A stretch of DNA of 64,000 nucleotides, taken from NCBI GenBank assembly GCA_030264375.1, contig JASCQW010000109.1, forward strand, positions 56,906,778-56,970,777, in the 5' to 3' direction. A program made the position numbers and the translations under genes. Positions 50,208 through 62,629 of this stretch are shown piece by piece. Source of the DNA: Carcharhinus longimanus. Taxonomy: Eukaryota. The notes beneath the pieces are model-generated. The model made no database searches. It saw only the letters and a list, made by a program, of their open reading frames with translations, and was not told the origin of the DNA. How positions within the stretch are numbered: the first letter of the stretch is position 1; the number at the start of each line of letters is the position of its first letter.

Positions 50208-51050
50208 GCATAGAGTTATAGAGGTTTACAGCGTAGAAACAGGCCGTTCGGCCCAACTTGTCCACGCTGCCCTTTTTTTAGCTGCCCTAAACTAATCCCA
50301 ATTCCCCCATTTGGCCCATATCCCTCCATACCCATCTTATCTATGTAATTATCTAAATGCTTTTTAAAAGACAACATTTTACCTCTTCTACTACTACCTC
50401 TGGCAGCTTGTTCCAGACACTCACCACCCTCTGTGCAAAAAAATTGCCCTTCTGGATACATTTGTATCTCTTCTCCCCTCACCTTAAACCTATGCCCTCT
50501 AGTTTTAGACTCCCCTACCTTTGGGCAAGATATTGACTATCTAGCTGATCTGTGCCCCTCATTATTTTATAGACCTCTATAAGATCACCCCTCAGCCTCC
50601 TACNNNNNNNNNNNNNNNNNNNNNNNNNNNNNNNNNNNNNNNNNNNNNNNNNNNNNNNNNNNNNNNNNNNNNNNNNNNNNNNNNNNNNNNNNNNNNNNNN
50701 NNNNNNNNNNNNNNNNNNNNNNNNNNNNNNNNNNNNNNNNNNNNNNNNNNNNNNNNNNNNNNNNNNNNNNNNNNNNNNNNNNNNNNNNNNNNNNNNNNNN
50801 NNNNNNNNNNNNNNNNNNNNNNNNNNNNNNNNNNNNNNNNNNNNNNNNNNNNNNNNNNNNNNNNNNNNNNNNNNNNNNNNNNNNNNNNNNNNNNNNNNNN
50901 NNNNNNNNNNNNNNNNNNNNNNNNNNNNNNNNNNNNNNNNNNNNNNNNNNNNNNNNNNNNNNNNNNNNNNNNNNAATATCCTTGCGTAAGTACGGCGACC
51001 AAAACTGCACACAGTACTCCAGCTGCGGCCTCACCAATGCCCTATACAGC
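50208..51050 (-). mobile_element. CR1 LINE 3' fragment spanning a gap
   Basis: [41 protein letters not shown]. Confidence 0.88.
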
Positions 51051-51051
51051 C

Positions 51052-51162
51052 CACACAGACTTGGGGAGAACATGCAAACTCCACACAGATAGTGACCCAA
51101 GGCCATAATTGAACTTGGGTCCATGGCGCTGTGAAGTAGCAATGCTAACCATTGTGCCACTG
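51052..51162 (-). mobile_element. HE1-like V-SINE 5' part
   Basis: tRNA-like head abutting CR1. Confidence 0.78.
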
Positions 51163-52364
51163 TAATCTTGTTTTACTTCATTGTCTTTAACTTTGTTTCC
51201 CACTATCTGATTGTATCACCTTCTGGCTGCAAACAGAAACATGACCTAAATGGAATTTTAATAATTATTTGCCAACCAAGGATGGCTAAACTTGCCTGAT
51301 GGACCACAATTGTTGAGGGCATTGAGCAGGGGAGGCCTAACATGTCAGAAATGTCCCAACTTTAGTTCCTGGTCTGTGCTGGCCCATTTGATCTCAACTG
51401 GAGTCTGATCAGGGTACTGAAAATGACTTCCATGCATTTAGGTTAAGATACTGAACAGTATTAAAAATATCATCCAAGGCCACCAGTGTGACTGTCAAGC
51501 AGAGAACTCAGCTGGAAGTGCACATGTAAGAGCATATCATGAATGTAGGCACATCATTGATACTCCTATGTGAATTTATCAATGATCTTAATACATGTAT
51601 GAACTGCATGTCCTAGCTATTTTGATCAATGTATCTGTTCTATAGTTTGGTCAGCTTGGTTCAATTGAATAGCATTCCTCCATATGAAACAAAAGGTCGT
51701 GGATTCCGGAACTTAACCAAGCCCAGAATTTATGTCCCATCCTCACAGTGGATTCTGAAGCATGGAGCAGCATTGAATTGTATGGAGGAGATTTTCTCTG
51801 GATTCCAGCTTGCCCCTGTCTGGTAAAGGTTCCACCTTGGGGTGGGTAGGGCATTATTCAGGAATGCCCTTGCCCAAATTCACTTAATGGTCACTTAAGG
51901 GCCTTTTCCCTCCCAGCCTTAATTTTAGGTTGGCAGGTGGACGACAGCTCAGGGGGGTGGACAGGTGCGGGGCAGACTACACAAATGAACATAACTGGAT
52001 CTCAGATGGGAAGGGCATGGGGGGGGGGTGCCTCCATTAGAAGCCTCCCTTCAGTGCCTGGCAATCTCTGGACCACCCTTCCACACTAGCCCTGGCACTC
52101 TGATTACAACATCCCCTGGTGGCGCCAGGCAGCTCCATGCAATGCCTCTTCCGGCCACTGCAGTGCTGTTGCTGGAGGGTCTGGAGAGCTGCTGGCTAAC
52201 CTGATAGGTCTGCAACTCTCCTGTGAGAGAGGTGGAAGTCTCGCCTTATTCAAATCAATGCTTATTCGGGTGCAATATAGCATTGTGGAAGTGTTTTCCC
52301 AACAACCTTTTGGATGGTGAGGGCTGAGCTCTTGCCATCCTGAACTTTCAGACCAAAATAACTC

Positions 52365-52675
52365 AAACTGAGTAAGTGCTGCATTGTCAACAATGGTGTC
52401 TTTTGGGCAAAGCTGTTAAAAAAGGCCTCATCTCCATGTTTGGGCAGTACAATTTGCAGAGGAGCTTCCTAGTTATTTGACTTCTGTTTGTACCTTGACC
52501 AATTCTCCTAAAAATAGATCAACTGGTCATTTATATAATTTGCTCCTTTGTTATGCCTAGGTTGGTTGTTGGATTTGCATACAGAACACCAATGATTACA
52601 TTTTGGAAATAATTCATTTTAATTCCCTTTGGGACATCCTACAAAAGTGAGTCTGTGATTACAGTATGTATAAGT
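52365..52675 (+). mobile_element. Highly decayed Deu-domain SINE
   Basis: colinear similarity with 54851-55262. Confidence 0.45.
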
Positions 52676-52984
52676 ACATATGTTTTCATTCTCATTCCTC
52701 TTAACTTCATGTTCCTCTGTGAGCACGTGCAACTACTGGGAAATAATAGGCACCACTCCTCACAATCACAGAGGTACGAAAATGCAGATGGATCAAATGT
52801 TCAAGTACTGATGAAAATCTGTAAGTCACCTCATCCAGCAGCTGTCCATACTGAAGCAGTTACTACAGTAACAACTTGCGAATAAAGATCTTCAACTGGA
52901 TAAGAAAGACTTGATCCAGCACACATTGCAATTGATTCACAACAAAGTGAAGTGGATAAATGATGGTAATAAAAGTAAAATAAC

Positions 52985-53247
52985 GTTTATTTATTAATCA
53001 CAAATAGGCTTACAGTAACACAACAATGACGTTACTGTGAAAATCCCCCACACTCTGGTGCCTGCTTGGGGATACTGAGGGAGAATTTAGCATNNNNNNN
53101 NNNAATGCACCTAACCGGCTTGTCTTCGGGCTGTGGGAGGAAACCAGAGCAATCCCATGTAGAAACTCTACACAGACAGTGACCCAAGCCGGGAATCGAA
53201 CCCAAGTCCCTGGCGCTGTGAGGCAGCAGTGCTAACCACTGTGTCAA
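52985..53247 (-). mobile_element. HE1-like V-SINE, alternative tail
   Basis: head, body, tail. Confidence 0.85.
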
Positions 53248-53394
53248 CCATGTCAGGTTGAACTTGCTGCATTAGAACACAATGGTTTGATGTTTGTTCT
53301 GGCTGCACAATAAACACGATAATTGACTTCACTTTTAATTTGAGGACAGAACTTTGTTTTTTCTCTCAAGTCTCCCCTCCACACATTGTGTACT

Positions 53395-53780
53395 ATTTAC
53401 ACCTGAGAGCTTGAGCAAATGTGGCAAGCAATCTGGTGCCAGGTTTCCCCTTGCATCATTCTAAGCCATAAGGAGACACACGAGGATTGCCTGGTATTGG
53501 CTTTCTTTCCAACATCCTTACCATCTTGATGGGTAGATGCTTGGCTTCCATTTGGTGACGGTTTAAACTGGAATACCTGACACGGTGAGCATAGGTGCGA
53601 GTCCACTTTCCCAACTTCCTTGGCATGAGTTGCTGCATCAAAGTAATATGACACAATAGAATTTCAGCTGCCTTTCATTGGCCTTCAGCAAGTTTGGATC
53701 AGCAGATGAATGGATGACAAATGAAGCTCACTGACCCAAAGTCTATCTGTAGGATGTGTTTGGCCAGGATGTTCAGGGTT
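53395..53780 (-). mobile_element. Possible decayed RTE-clade LINE 3' end
   Basis: frameshifted fragments with a C-terminal Cys/His-like region; weak recognition. Confidence 0.35.
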
Positions 53781-53829
53781 TTATCTGTTCTGGGAGTTAT
53801 GCCTTATAGCCATTCTTCATTCATTGGAA

Positions 53830-54039
53830 GCCATGATGTGGAGATGCTGGTGCGGGACTTGAACGGGCACAATAATAAGTCTCACAACACCAGGTTAAAG
53901 TCCAACAGGTTAATTTGGAATCACCAGCTTTCGGAGCGCTGCTCCTTCATCAGGTGAGTCACCTGATGAAGAAGCAGTGCTCCAAAAGCTCATGATTCCA
54001 AATAAACATGTTGGACTTTAACCTGGTGTTGTAAGACTT
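53830..54039. mobile_element. Penelope-like terminal-repeat palindrome with two back-to-back hammerhead motifs
   Basis: 81-bp inverted arms 53877-53957 / 53959-54039; CTGATGA..(G/A)AAAGCT on each strand. Confidence 0.8.
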
Positions 54040-54274
54040 CTGACCATTTTTTGGCGTTTCAGTAAATTAGCATAATTACTGCATGTCAATTGTGTACGGT
54101 AGGTGGAAAGAGTGGACCTTTCTGTTTTGTCTACACTGCCTTAGATTTTATTGGTCATTTGTCTGTCAAGACAAAAATGAGCCAGAACAATTATATTCTA
54201 ATGGCCATTTTTAGGCACCAGTATACCTCAAGTAACACATGCATTCCTGCAATAATATTAATCATCTTTATTAA

Positions 54275-54399
54275 GGGCGGAATTTTACCAGCACGTCTGC
54301 CCAAGTTTCGCATGATCCCGCCCGAGGCCAACAAAAATACTGTTCTCCGAGCTGAGCCCCTCCCGGAATCGGGACTGGCATGCTGGTAAGACTCTGGCC
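54275..54399. mobile_element. Harbinger-type MITE
   Basis: 21-bp TIRs matching 16/21; TAA duplicated at 54272-54274 and 54400-54402. Confidence 0.75.
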
Positions 54400-54850
54400 T
54401 AAGTTTTAGTTGTTACTGGGTCAAGTGGTTTCTTTCAACAAGTGACCTAATATTTCTCAAACCTAGTCAGAAACCAGCTTCAACTGGCTTTGAGATTTTC
54501 AGTGTCATTCAGGAATACTCAGGCAACAAATCATGCTACACAGGAAAATAGAATTTGGGGAATTTCCTCCTGGGTTACCACACTAAATCACGTGTGCTTG
54601 GTTTAACAGACATCAGGTCACTGAAAATATTTTGGTATGTAATTTACATCAGCTTGAAAGGAAAACCTCTATTCTTAATGTGAATACTCACCATAATAAA
54701 CCATTGAGAAACACTTGTCAAATACTACAACCAAATAAATGACCTGTGGTCGGCTTACCATGTGTAGATTGCATTGTTTCAATGCACCACTCACACAGTC
54801 AGTGTACACATTATAGGTGGTTAGTGGTTAATAGGCACAAGTCATTTGTC

Positions 54851-55262
54851 AGACTTGGCTCAGTGATGGAATTTTCATCTCTCAGTCATAGGCCTTGGGT
54901 TCAAGTTCCATCCCAGAAAGATGAGCACATAATCTATGCTGATATTTGAGTGCAGTGTTGAGGGAGTGCCCCGCTGTCAGAAATATTGTCTTTCCTATGA
55001 GACATTAAACTGTCTCAGTTCTGTCTGCCCTCTCGGCTGGCATCATTTGAAGAAGAGCAAAGGAGCTCTTCCAGGGTCCAGGAAAACAGTTGTCCCTCAA
55101 CCAACGTCATCTTAAAATAGACTAACAGATTGTCATCTGTGAGACCTTGCTCAGTGCAAATTAGCTGCTGTAGCTTCTCTACAAACAGTGACTACACTTC
55201 AAAGATACCTGATCATCTGCAAGTGCTTCGACATGTCCTGATATCAAAAAAAGCAATGTACC
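54851..55262 (+). mobile_element. Deu-domain SINE (SacSINE1/AmnSINE1-related)
   Basis: tRNA head ttggctcagtg..ggttcaagttcc; tgagggagtg..gtctttc..tgagacattaaac; ccctcaaccaac; acagtgactacacttcaaa. Confidence 0.75.
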
Positions 55263-56180
55263 AAAACACATTCTATCATCCTATGCAGCATTTCTACATC
55301 TGTTGTATCAATCCAAGAAGCTTCAACAAAGTAAATTAGCAAAATGAAACCTGATTATACAAGAGGTACAATATGAGTTTAGCTTCTACTTGCTAATTCT
55401 TTTGTAAGCTCTGCGCCAAGCAAACAGGCATGAGAACCTCTTTTCACTGAGGCTTGACATGTTGATGTTCCTCACTGGGACTGACGTGACAGAAAGGGCA
55501 CAATCTAATCAGACCCTTAGAGGTAATTATCAAGTTGAGAATTTAAAACACCTGAAATCCACATTTTAAAACACTTTCATCAGTTAACTACTCGGAGACT
55601 GTTTAGCTGAAGCATGAAGAAACTTTTGTTTGTCTTTGACTTCCGCTCAATCAAGTTTCATTTAAAATGCTCTTCACAGATTACTAACTAAGAGCTTTAG
55701 TAAATCCTTGTTGTTGTAATTGAACAACGTTTTGGCAATCATTTGTTAGCCCTTGAGCACTACACTGTATTGTATTATACCCCATACATTATTTAGTTGT
55801 CCTTAAGACCCAGTGAAGGTGTTCTTCATTAATTGTGCCACAGTGACTGAAGGCAGCTGGTCAGAAGTCAATGGTTCTTTACACTCAGATCTCTATAGGA
55901 CGATCACGGATAGCCGTGTCTATCTTCAAGCTCTTGATACTTAATTTAATAAACAGGGCACAGGTCGTGATAAAGTGCTCGACTGCAGATCACTATTCTG
56001 ATCACTAGTGTACCACCAGAGATATTTTGATCACTGCACTTTGTATCAATCCTAAAATACATCGTAAAGAGAATGAAAGAGAGAGACTGAAATTGAGTGG
56101 GGGAACATATCTTAACATAATTTTATACCCTATCTTTATCCCTTTGTATTGTGTCAAGTAATTACAGATTGATAAAATGG

Positions 56181-56320
56181 CCAATATCCTTGGGGAAAAT
56201 GGTCAAAATAACCTTAAAAGAGGCAATCTCTCGGTGAGTGGCAGCTGTGTTGCTGAATCTAAATGCTGTCCTCACAATCGTAGATCTAGTACTACAGCCA
56301 TGCTTTACACTATAAATACC
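56181..56320 (+). promoter_or_regulatory. Candidate core promoter (CCAAT, E-box, TATA)
   Basis: CCAAT 56181, CAGCTG 56242, TATAAAT 56311 inside a repeat-free island. Confidence 0.25.
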
Positions 56321-57436
56321 TCGCTTCATTTAAAAATCATTGCTTTAACCCTCAGAGGACTGCAGCAGCAAGGCTGCAGCAAAATCAGAGACTGCAACAG
56401 GGTTACAATTCCTCCTTATTTTATTTAAAGTTTACTTTGCAGGACAACCAATGCGTTGGATTGCTCCAGATTGCTTTAAGAGAGAGACAGAGAGATTTAG
56501 AGAAAAAACAATAGTCAGAGAACTGGATTTCTAAGTATCACAGGGAAATCAAAAGAATGGCTTTGTATTCTGGAAAGCTAGCTCCTTAGCACCCTGGGGT
56601 TAAATCATACAGCTCAATAGCAACATGGAACCCACCAAAGATCAATTATTGCAAATCAGGTAGAGACTGTAATGACTTGAGGAAGTGTTAACATCATACA
56701 AGTTAAATTAATCTCTGACCTAACTGGTTTGTAAATCACTACTGATGAGGAAGAGGAAGATGATAATGATGATGAGGGGCAACACAAGCCTGACAGCATG
56801 TGGAAATTGCCTGTTTATGTATTTTAGAAAACAATAATAATTAATGTTGTATATGATACTGAGAACAAGACATTATGTGGAAAATTCCTACGGTTAGAGC
56901 GTTAAAAAGCAGCTTGAACAATTTATGACAGGGATCTCCCTGTCTTTGCATTCCAGCACATGCTCTCTGAATGATAGCAAAGCTACAGAGTGCATCAGCA
57001 TACACTGGGAAGCAGCGAAGCCCTTTTATCAGCTCTCTGCCTTCTCCAGATCAGCCTTGTTTCACCTTCTCCGATACATTTGTACTCCACTCAATATTGC
57101 CACCTCAAAGCAGGCATGACGGTCAGAAAGCGAGAACCTTGAAAGGAAAAAAAACATTTGTACATCTGGAATCATCTGTTAAAAATTCTACAAGAGTCTT
57201 AACATTCCTTACCACTCCATTCACCACGACCGACTTGCTTCCTCTATTTCCTAGCTTCTGAATCAAAGTTTGTCCACTTTTTTTTCTCTGCAGTGAATCA
57301 GTCCTTTACATATAATATTTGAAAGGGAAGACAAGCTGGCAAAATCATAATTGAAACAGAAAAAAAAACAAGGAAACCCCCGAGATATTGTCAGCTCCAG
57401 CTGCAGNNNNNNNNNNCAGCATGAAATGTTACTCAC

Positions 57437-57580
57437 TAGGTGAGCTCAAACATTACGGACGACCGAGCTAGTGTATACAACCTTCTTCCGATTCAACCCA
57501 AAACAGTGCCACAGACTGAATGGAGGATGACATCCAATCCTGTGCTTAGAGCCAGGAGCACCCATGCATAGCAAATTGGG
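57437..57580 (-). other. Candidate non-coding exon
   Basis: cctccccctttcccttgccctgcattggtacag|..CTA|gtgagt; stops in all frames. Confidence 0.35.
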
Positions 57581-57846
57581 CTGTACCAATGCAGGGCAAG
57601 GGAAAGGGGGAGGTTGGCAATGGTGGTGTGATAATAATCCACAGGAATCAAACATATTCTTCTGATCTGCTAAAAGATTTCATTGCAAGCCGTTAACCCC
57701 ACTGAGTCCAGAAAGGTAACCTTCGCAGAATGCTGCATAGCTTCCTGGAGAGTATAAGGCAATCCAGCTAAAATGTTGCCAGAGCAGCCTTGCTGAAATC
57801 CTCTTTTCAAAGCACTTGCCAGTATAAACAGTGGGAAGCACCTTAC

Positions 57847-57934
57847 GGTGGGTATAGATCGCTTCAGAAGCGATTTTCACCAGGTGGAAACCCAGGTTAC
57901 AAACTCCTCCCCATCAGCTGCAATCCAGCACTCG
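57847..57934 (-). other. Candidate non-coding exon
   Basis: tttgttgtgcttgcag|..ACC|gtaagg; stops in all frames. Confidence 0.33.
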
Positions 57935-58553
57935 CTGCAAGCACAACAAATAAGATGGGACAAGACTCCACCCCTAGAAATAAAGCTCAATCTGACTGAT
58001 GAAGGTGACAGAGAATCCAGAATTTTAAAAGGAATGGCACAGCAGGAAAGAGCCACAGATCTTTGTGTGTACGTGTTAAATATAGAATCACAGAATGAGT
58101 AATAAAGCTGGAATTTAATCAAGGGGTTCAGATGATGCCATAAACCATGAGAACAAAGCTCGAGTGGGTTTATGGACATCATCAGAACCCCCAGAGATCA
58201 AATTACCAGCTCTCTGCTGCCTTATTATTGTATTTTTTTCATCTGCATTACGGCCTGTATAAAACAGGTGCCGTGATAAGGATAGCTGAAAGTATTGCTG
58301 AAATGACATGTAATAGAGTGGGAAAGGATCTTGTGGTGTCACCACTGCAGCATAACTCTGTTCTCTGGGACTCAAGAGGCTACAATTACCCTTACAGTTC
58401 AGAAACAGAATTGAGTATCTCTGACAGAGTTGTAGAAATTATAATGTGCTCGGAGCATTGTGGTGTTAGCTTGCACTCTGTGAGTTTATACAGATTCCTG
58501 CAGACATTCAAATGCTATTAACTTTACGTAGATATTGAGGTCATTGAGACCGT

Positions 58554-59749
58554 GGGTCAGATTTTACACCCCCGCCACCTCCCCGCCTTCAGTGTGGAGG
58601 TAAGTGGGTGAAGCTCGTAAAGTACAGCATGTGGCCTGCCCAACACCTTCCTATCCATCCCCAGCCTGTCTGACATTTTACAGGGGAAGGAGGGGGCTAT
58701 AAGTGGCCATTAATAAGCACTTTGGTGCCTCACCCCACCCCTGCTATTTTACCCACGGCAGGGGAGGTTCAGGCCAAGTGGAGAGCTTGGCAGGTTGTGC
58801 TCGAAGAGCTAGGGTCAGGCAAGAAGTGAGACTGGGACCTTCTTAGTGTCCCCTGTGTCTAATAGAGCCATCTCTCCAACCGCACCCCACCCCATTCAAA
58901 GCCCTTTTCATGCTTCCCCTCCTAATCTTCCTCACACCCATAACTGAGGCCTGCGAGCCAGATTCAGCCAACACCTCAGGCTTACTTTCAGTCCAGCTCC
59001 ATGTTGTTATATGTTGTAGTCTTAATGAAAATATTGAGTTATTGAAACTAGCATGGGAATCATAGTGTCTTTGAATTGTTATTTTCCATTGAAAAGTTAT
59101 TGACATGACCACTTTTAAAAAATATAACAATAAAAAAGGCAATAGTTGTGAAGTCATCCACACATCCATAGAATAGGAAGCATAACTGTAACAAGCGTGG
59201 CTGGCAACGGCGGGGTTGGGGAAAGATGTGACACTTAAAAAGCCCATTGGAGCACTGTGCCTCTGATCTGTCACTTCCTCTCACCGGGCATGTTTCATCT
59301 ATGGTTGAAACCTGCCTGTAGACTGGAAACTTGTCGGTGCGTGAAATAAGTGTTAGAAGATCCATTAATCAGCTTTATTGGCTGCTCACCCCTGATGGGC
59401 AGCTAGTTCTGACCCTGATGAGGCCTTTTTCAAAATGATTCCAGGTTTGAATCATGCCAGCAAACCAGCCAGTGGCTGGAAATTCCAGGCTTGTTGGCCT
59501 CCTTTCCATCCCTCAGCTCACCACAAAAATCTGGCCCAGGAAGTTTCCATATGGGGTTTACTGGCTTTGTGAATATTATTTCCAGCACCCACCTGGAGTG
59601 TCCAGGACATGATCCTGCAAAGATTGAGGTTGGGATTTCTTTCCCCCCCTCCCCACAATTCACAGTAAGCTGCTAAGGCATCAAAATAGTATTTTCTGGA
59701 AGGTTTCAGCATCCTTTCGCAACGGAAAGTCGCAGTGAAAATTTTGGCC
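58554..59749. mobile_element. Possible TIR element or two fragments
   Basis: Harbinger-like ends gggtcagattttac / gaaaattttggcc; 5' part resembles 28724-29417. Confidence 0.4.
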
Positions 59750-61464
59750 TGTGGAATAATCCTAATACATGTCCCAGTAGGTATCTTATGCCAAGAGCAA
59801 GTTTTGGAGATCTTTTAATTCCACAACTTACATTGTTACTGCATAATTAGCTTGGCACCATAGATCAACTCACTCTGACATGGTTAATAGAGGAGAACAG
59901 TGTCATTTGAATCCCAGCACATACGCTAAGATCCCTTCCTGCCACTTCTCCTCAACTTTGAATCTGGTGGAGTTTGCTGGTTCAGAAGACATCTGCTCAA
60001 TCAGCACAGATTGGACAAACTCTTGTACTGCTTGGGACAGGTATTGGGAATATCCCAAAGGCCAGTACATCCTGGAGTTCCAGTTGAAGTTATTGAGCCC
60101 CTGTAGTGCATGTAAAAAGAAGGATCCCCAATTCTCTGCCTAAGATGACTTTTGAGTCAGGACACTTCTTTACGCTAGGTGGGAGATGGCTTCTCTCTCC
60201 TTGTTTTGTCCAAGACTGACCTGCCTTGGCCTGTCCTTGTAGATTAACAAGGTATTTCTAGATATCTCTCATCACAAGCATGTTTCTGTCCTGTGACAAC
60301 AGTATAAATTTCTTTCCATTATTGACAATAATGGGTTGATGACCAATCAATTCCCTATACAATGGAGGGTGTTTGATAATCTGTCAATTCAGGCCATGAA
60401 TAGACTCCAAAATATATTTAATTGTAATTCCATCTTCATGGGGCCAGCAAGTCTAACAGTTTTTGTTCTTTTATGTCTCTTCAATGGTAGGCACTCCAAG
60501 GTCATCTACAAGTTAATGTGTTTCCAGAGGAATGTCCAGACATGAAGCTAATCCTTGTCTGTGCAGAAACCACAAATCCGACAGAGTTCAGTTAGTGAAG
60601 GTGATTGTCCACATTTCAGGATGCCCTTAAAAGTAAAAATGTTTATCTTCCTCATAGGTTTTACAGGCACATGGTACAACCATGACAATCCATTTTCAGT
60701 TGCACTGATCAAACTGCACCAAGTTACCATTCATCAATATATGAAGAAATATTTCCAAGCAAGTTATTTAAAAGACAACATTCTAAAATATTGCCTGATA
60801 GTGCATGTCAAATTTTATATTTAGCAACATGCAAATGAATTTGAGCAGAAATCTGAAGACAATCAAACAGTTCCTAAACCGAGCAGAATCTTGCTGCAAT
60901 TTTAAAGCCAATTGAGTCCAAAGTGGAAATTCTATCTTTTATTTAAACAGAAGATGTCTTGGATCATGTCCAATCCACATCTCTTTTATTATAAGAACAG
61001 ATTTGGCTTCTTTGGTTTCTCTTCATAGCTCAATATCTTAAACCTGGATTCATCTCATTCAGTCCTTTCAAGTGCTTTATGGATTTTCCTAAAGTATCTC
61101 ACACTCACAATGGATCATAATTCTTCAAATATCTTCTTTTACATTTCTTTTAACTCAGAATATCAGAGTCACTTTTTCATCTATACACATTAACACTAGA
61201 TTTGTCTGAAACATTGCCAGCATATGATTTGATGATGTTTTCACTGTTTGGTCACTGAATTCTGACTTTTCATTGCTAATTATACATTTCTTAATATTAA
61301 ATCTATCTCCATAATTAGTAGCTCACTGTAAATCTCTTTGCATTCTAGCCTTTTTCTCCAAACTCCTCACTTGTACATGCAACTTAGTATCAGTTACAAT
61401 CTTAGATATTTTACATTTAACAAATTCATCTATGTATTGTATAAATTGTTGAATAATGTATAAA

Positions 61465-61595
61465 TGGTTAGGTGCATTGACCCGAACAGGCGCCGGAATG
61501 TGGCGACTAGGGGGAATTTCCCAGTAACTTCATTGCAGTGTCAATGTAAGCCTTACTTGTGACTAATAAATAAATAAACTTTACTTTAAACTTTG
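61465..61595 (+). mobile_element. V-SINE alternative tail, 5' truncated
   Basis: cccgaacaggcgccggaatgtggcgactagg..cttgtgactaataaataaataaacttt. Confidence 0.8.
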
Positions 61596-62374
61596 CTTCA
61601 AATAAGAACAGCTAAGGGATATAGCCCTGGAAAAAGTCACTGCAATGCAGTGTTAATGTATGCTTTACTTGCGATTAATAAATAAATAAACTTAACTTCA
61701 AATAAAAACAACTAAGAGATGTTGCCCTGGAAAAAGTCACTGGTTAAATTGTCCAATTGCAACATCCTTAAATGATCACCCCTTTATTTCCTTTCATTTC
61801 ATTTCATGTGGTTGAAATTTACAATCTCACTATTCACAAGAAGAGTTTTCAATCCAGCTACATTTTTTCAAATGTCTTGCAAAAATTAAGATGCAAAACA
61901 ATCACATCAATACCAGGCAACTTTGTTATATTCTCAAAGTCCTGAGTTAAAAATTTCCAGTGGCTGTACGGCACAGCCTGTTTTTCATGATTTCCTATTA
62001 TCTAGGGATTTTTATCTATATGCTTTTGCAACAGCTGTGATTTCACTTTCCTAACTTGCATGAAGAATGGATAATAACGTATTGACATGATCTTGGTAAA
62101 TCAAGACAAAGGGAAGAATTTTCCCCTCTACTGCATCCCTGAAATGTTCGCTTCCCAAGTGCAGTGAAGAGGAAGTCTGAATGGAGAATTGTTCCATCAG
62201 ATATCTGCTCCCTGATCTTGGATTGCTGCCGCTCCAGATGAATTTATAGAATGTTTTCACAAAAGCTTCCAAGATGTTGAGGAACTAACTAGTGGTAAAG
62301 CTATTTTAGACATAGTATTGGGTAGTTAGGGAGGGCTAATTAGTAATCTCTAATTAGTAAGCTAATTAGTAAGC

Positions 62375-62620
62375 TTTTTACCATTTATATAGATGATCTG
62401 GAGGTGGGAACCGAGTGTAGGGTGTCGAAATTTGCGGATGACACCAAGNNNNNNNNNNNNNNNNNNNNNNNNNNNNNNNNNNNNNNNNNNNNNNNNNNNN
62501 NNNNNNNNNNNNNNNNNNNNNNNNNNNNNNNNNNNNNNNNNNNNNNNNCTTATTGAATGGCGGGGCAGGCTCGAAGGGCCAGATGGCCTACTCCTGCTCC
62601 TATTTCTTATGTTCTTATGT
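62375..62620 (+). mobile_element. Young CR1 fragment collapsed across a gap
   Basis: IDDLEVGTECRVSKFADDTK before the gap; CR1 tail after it. Confidence 0.8.
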
Positions 62621-62629
62621 AATCTCGTA

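Noticed and set aside
50515-51160. 136-186 aa ORFs
   Set aside because: Mostly N; flanks are CR1 and SINE
57437-57453. ATGTTTGAGCTCACC resembling a CELF2-type N-terminus (MFER..)
   Set aside because: Similarity is limited to three residues and the rest does not match; no gene symbol assigned
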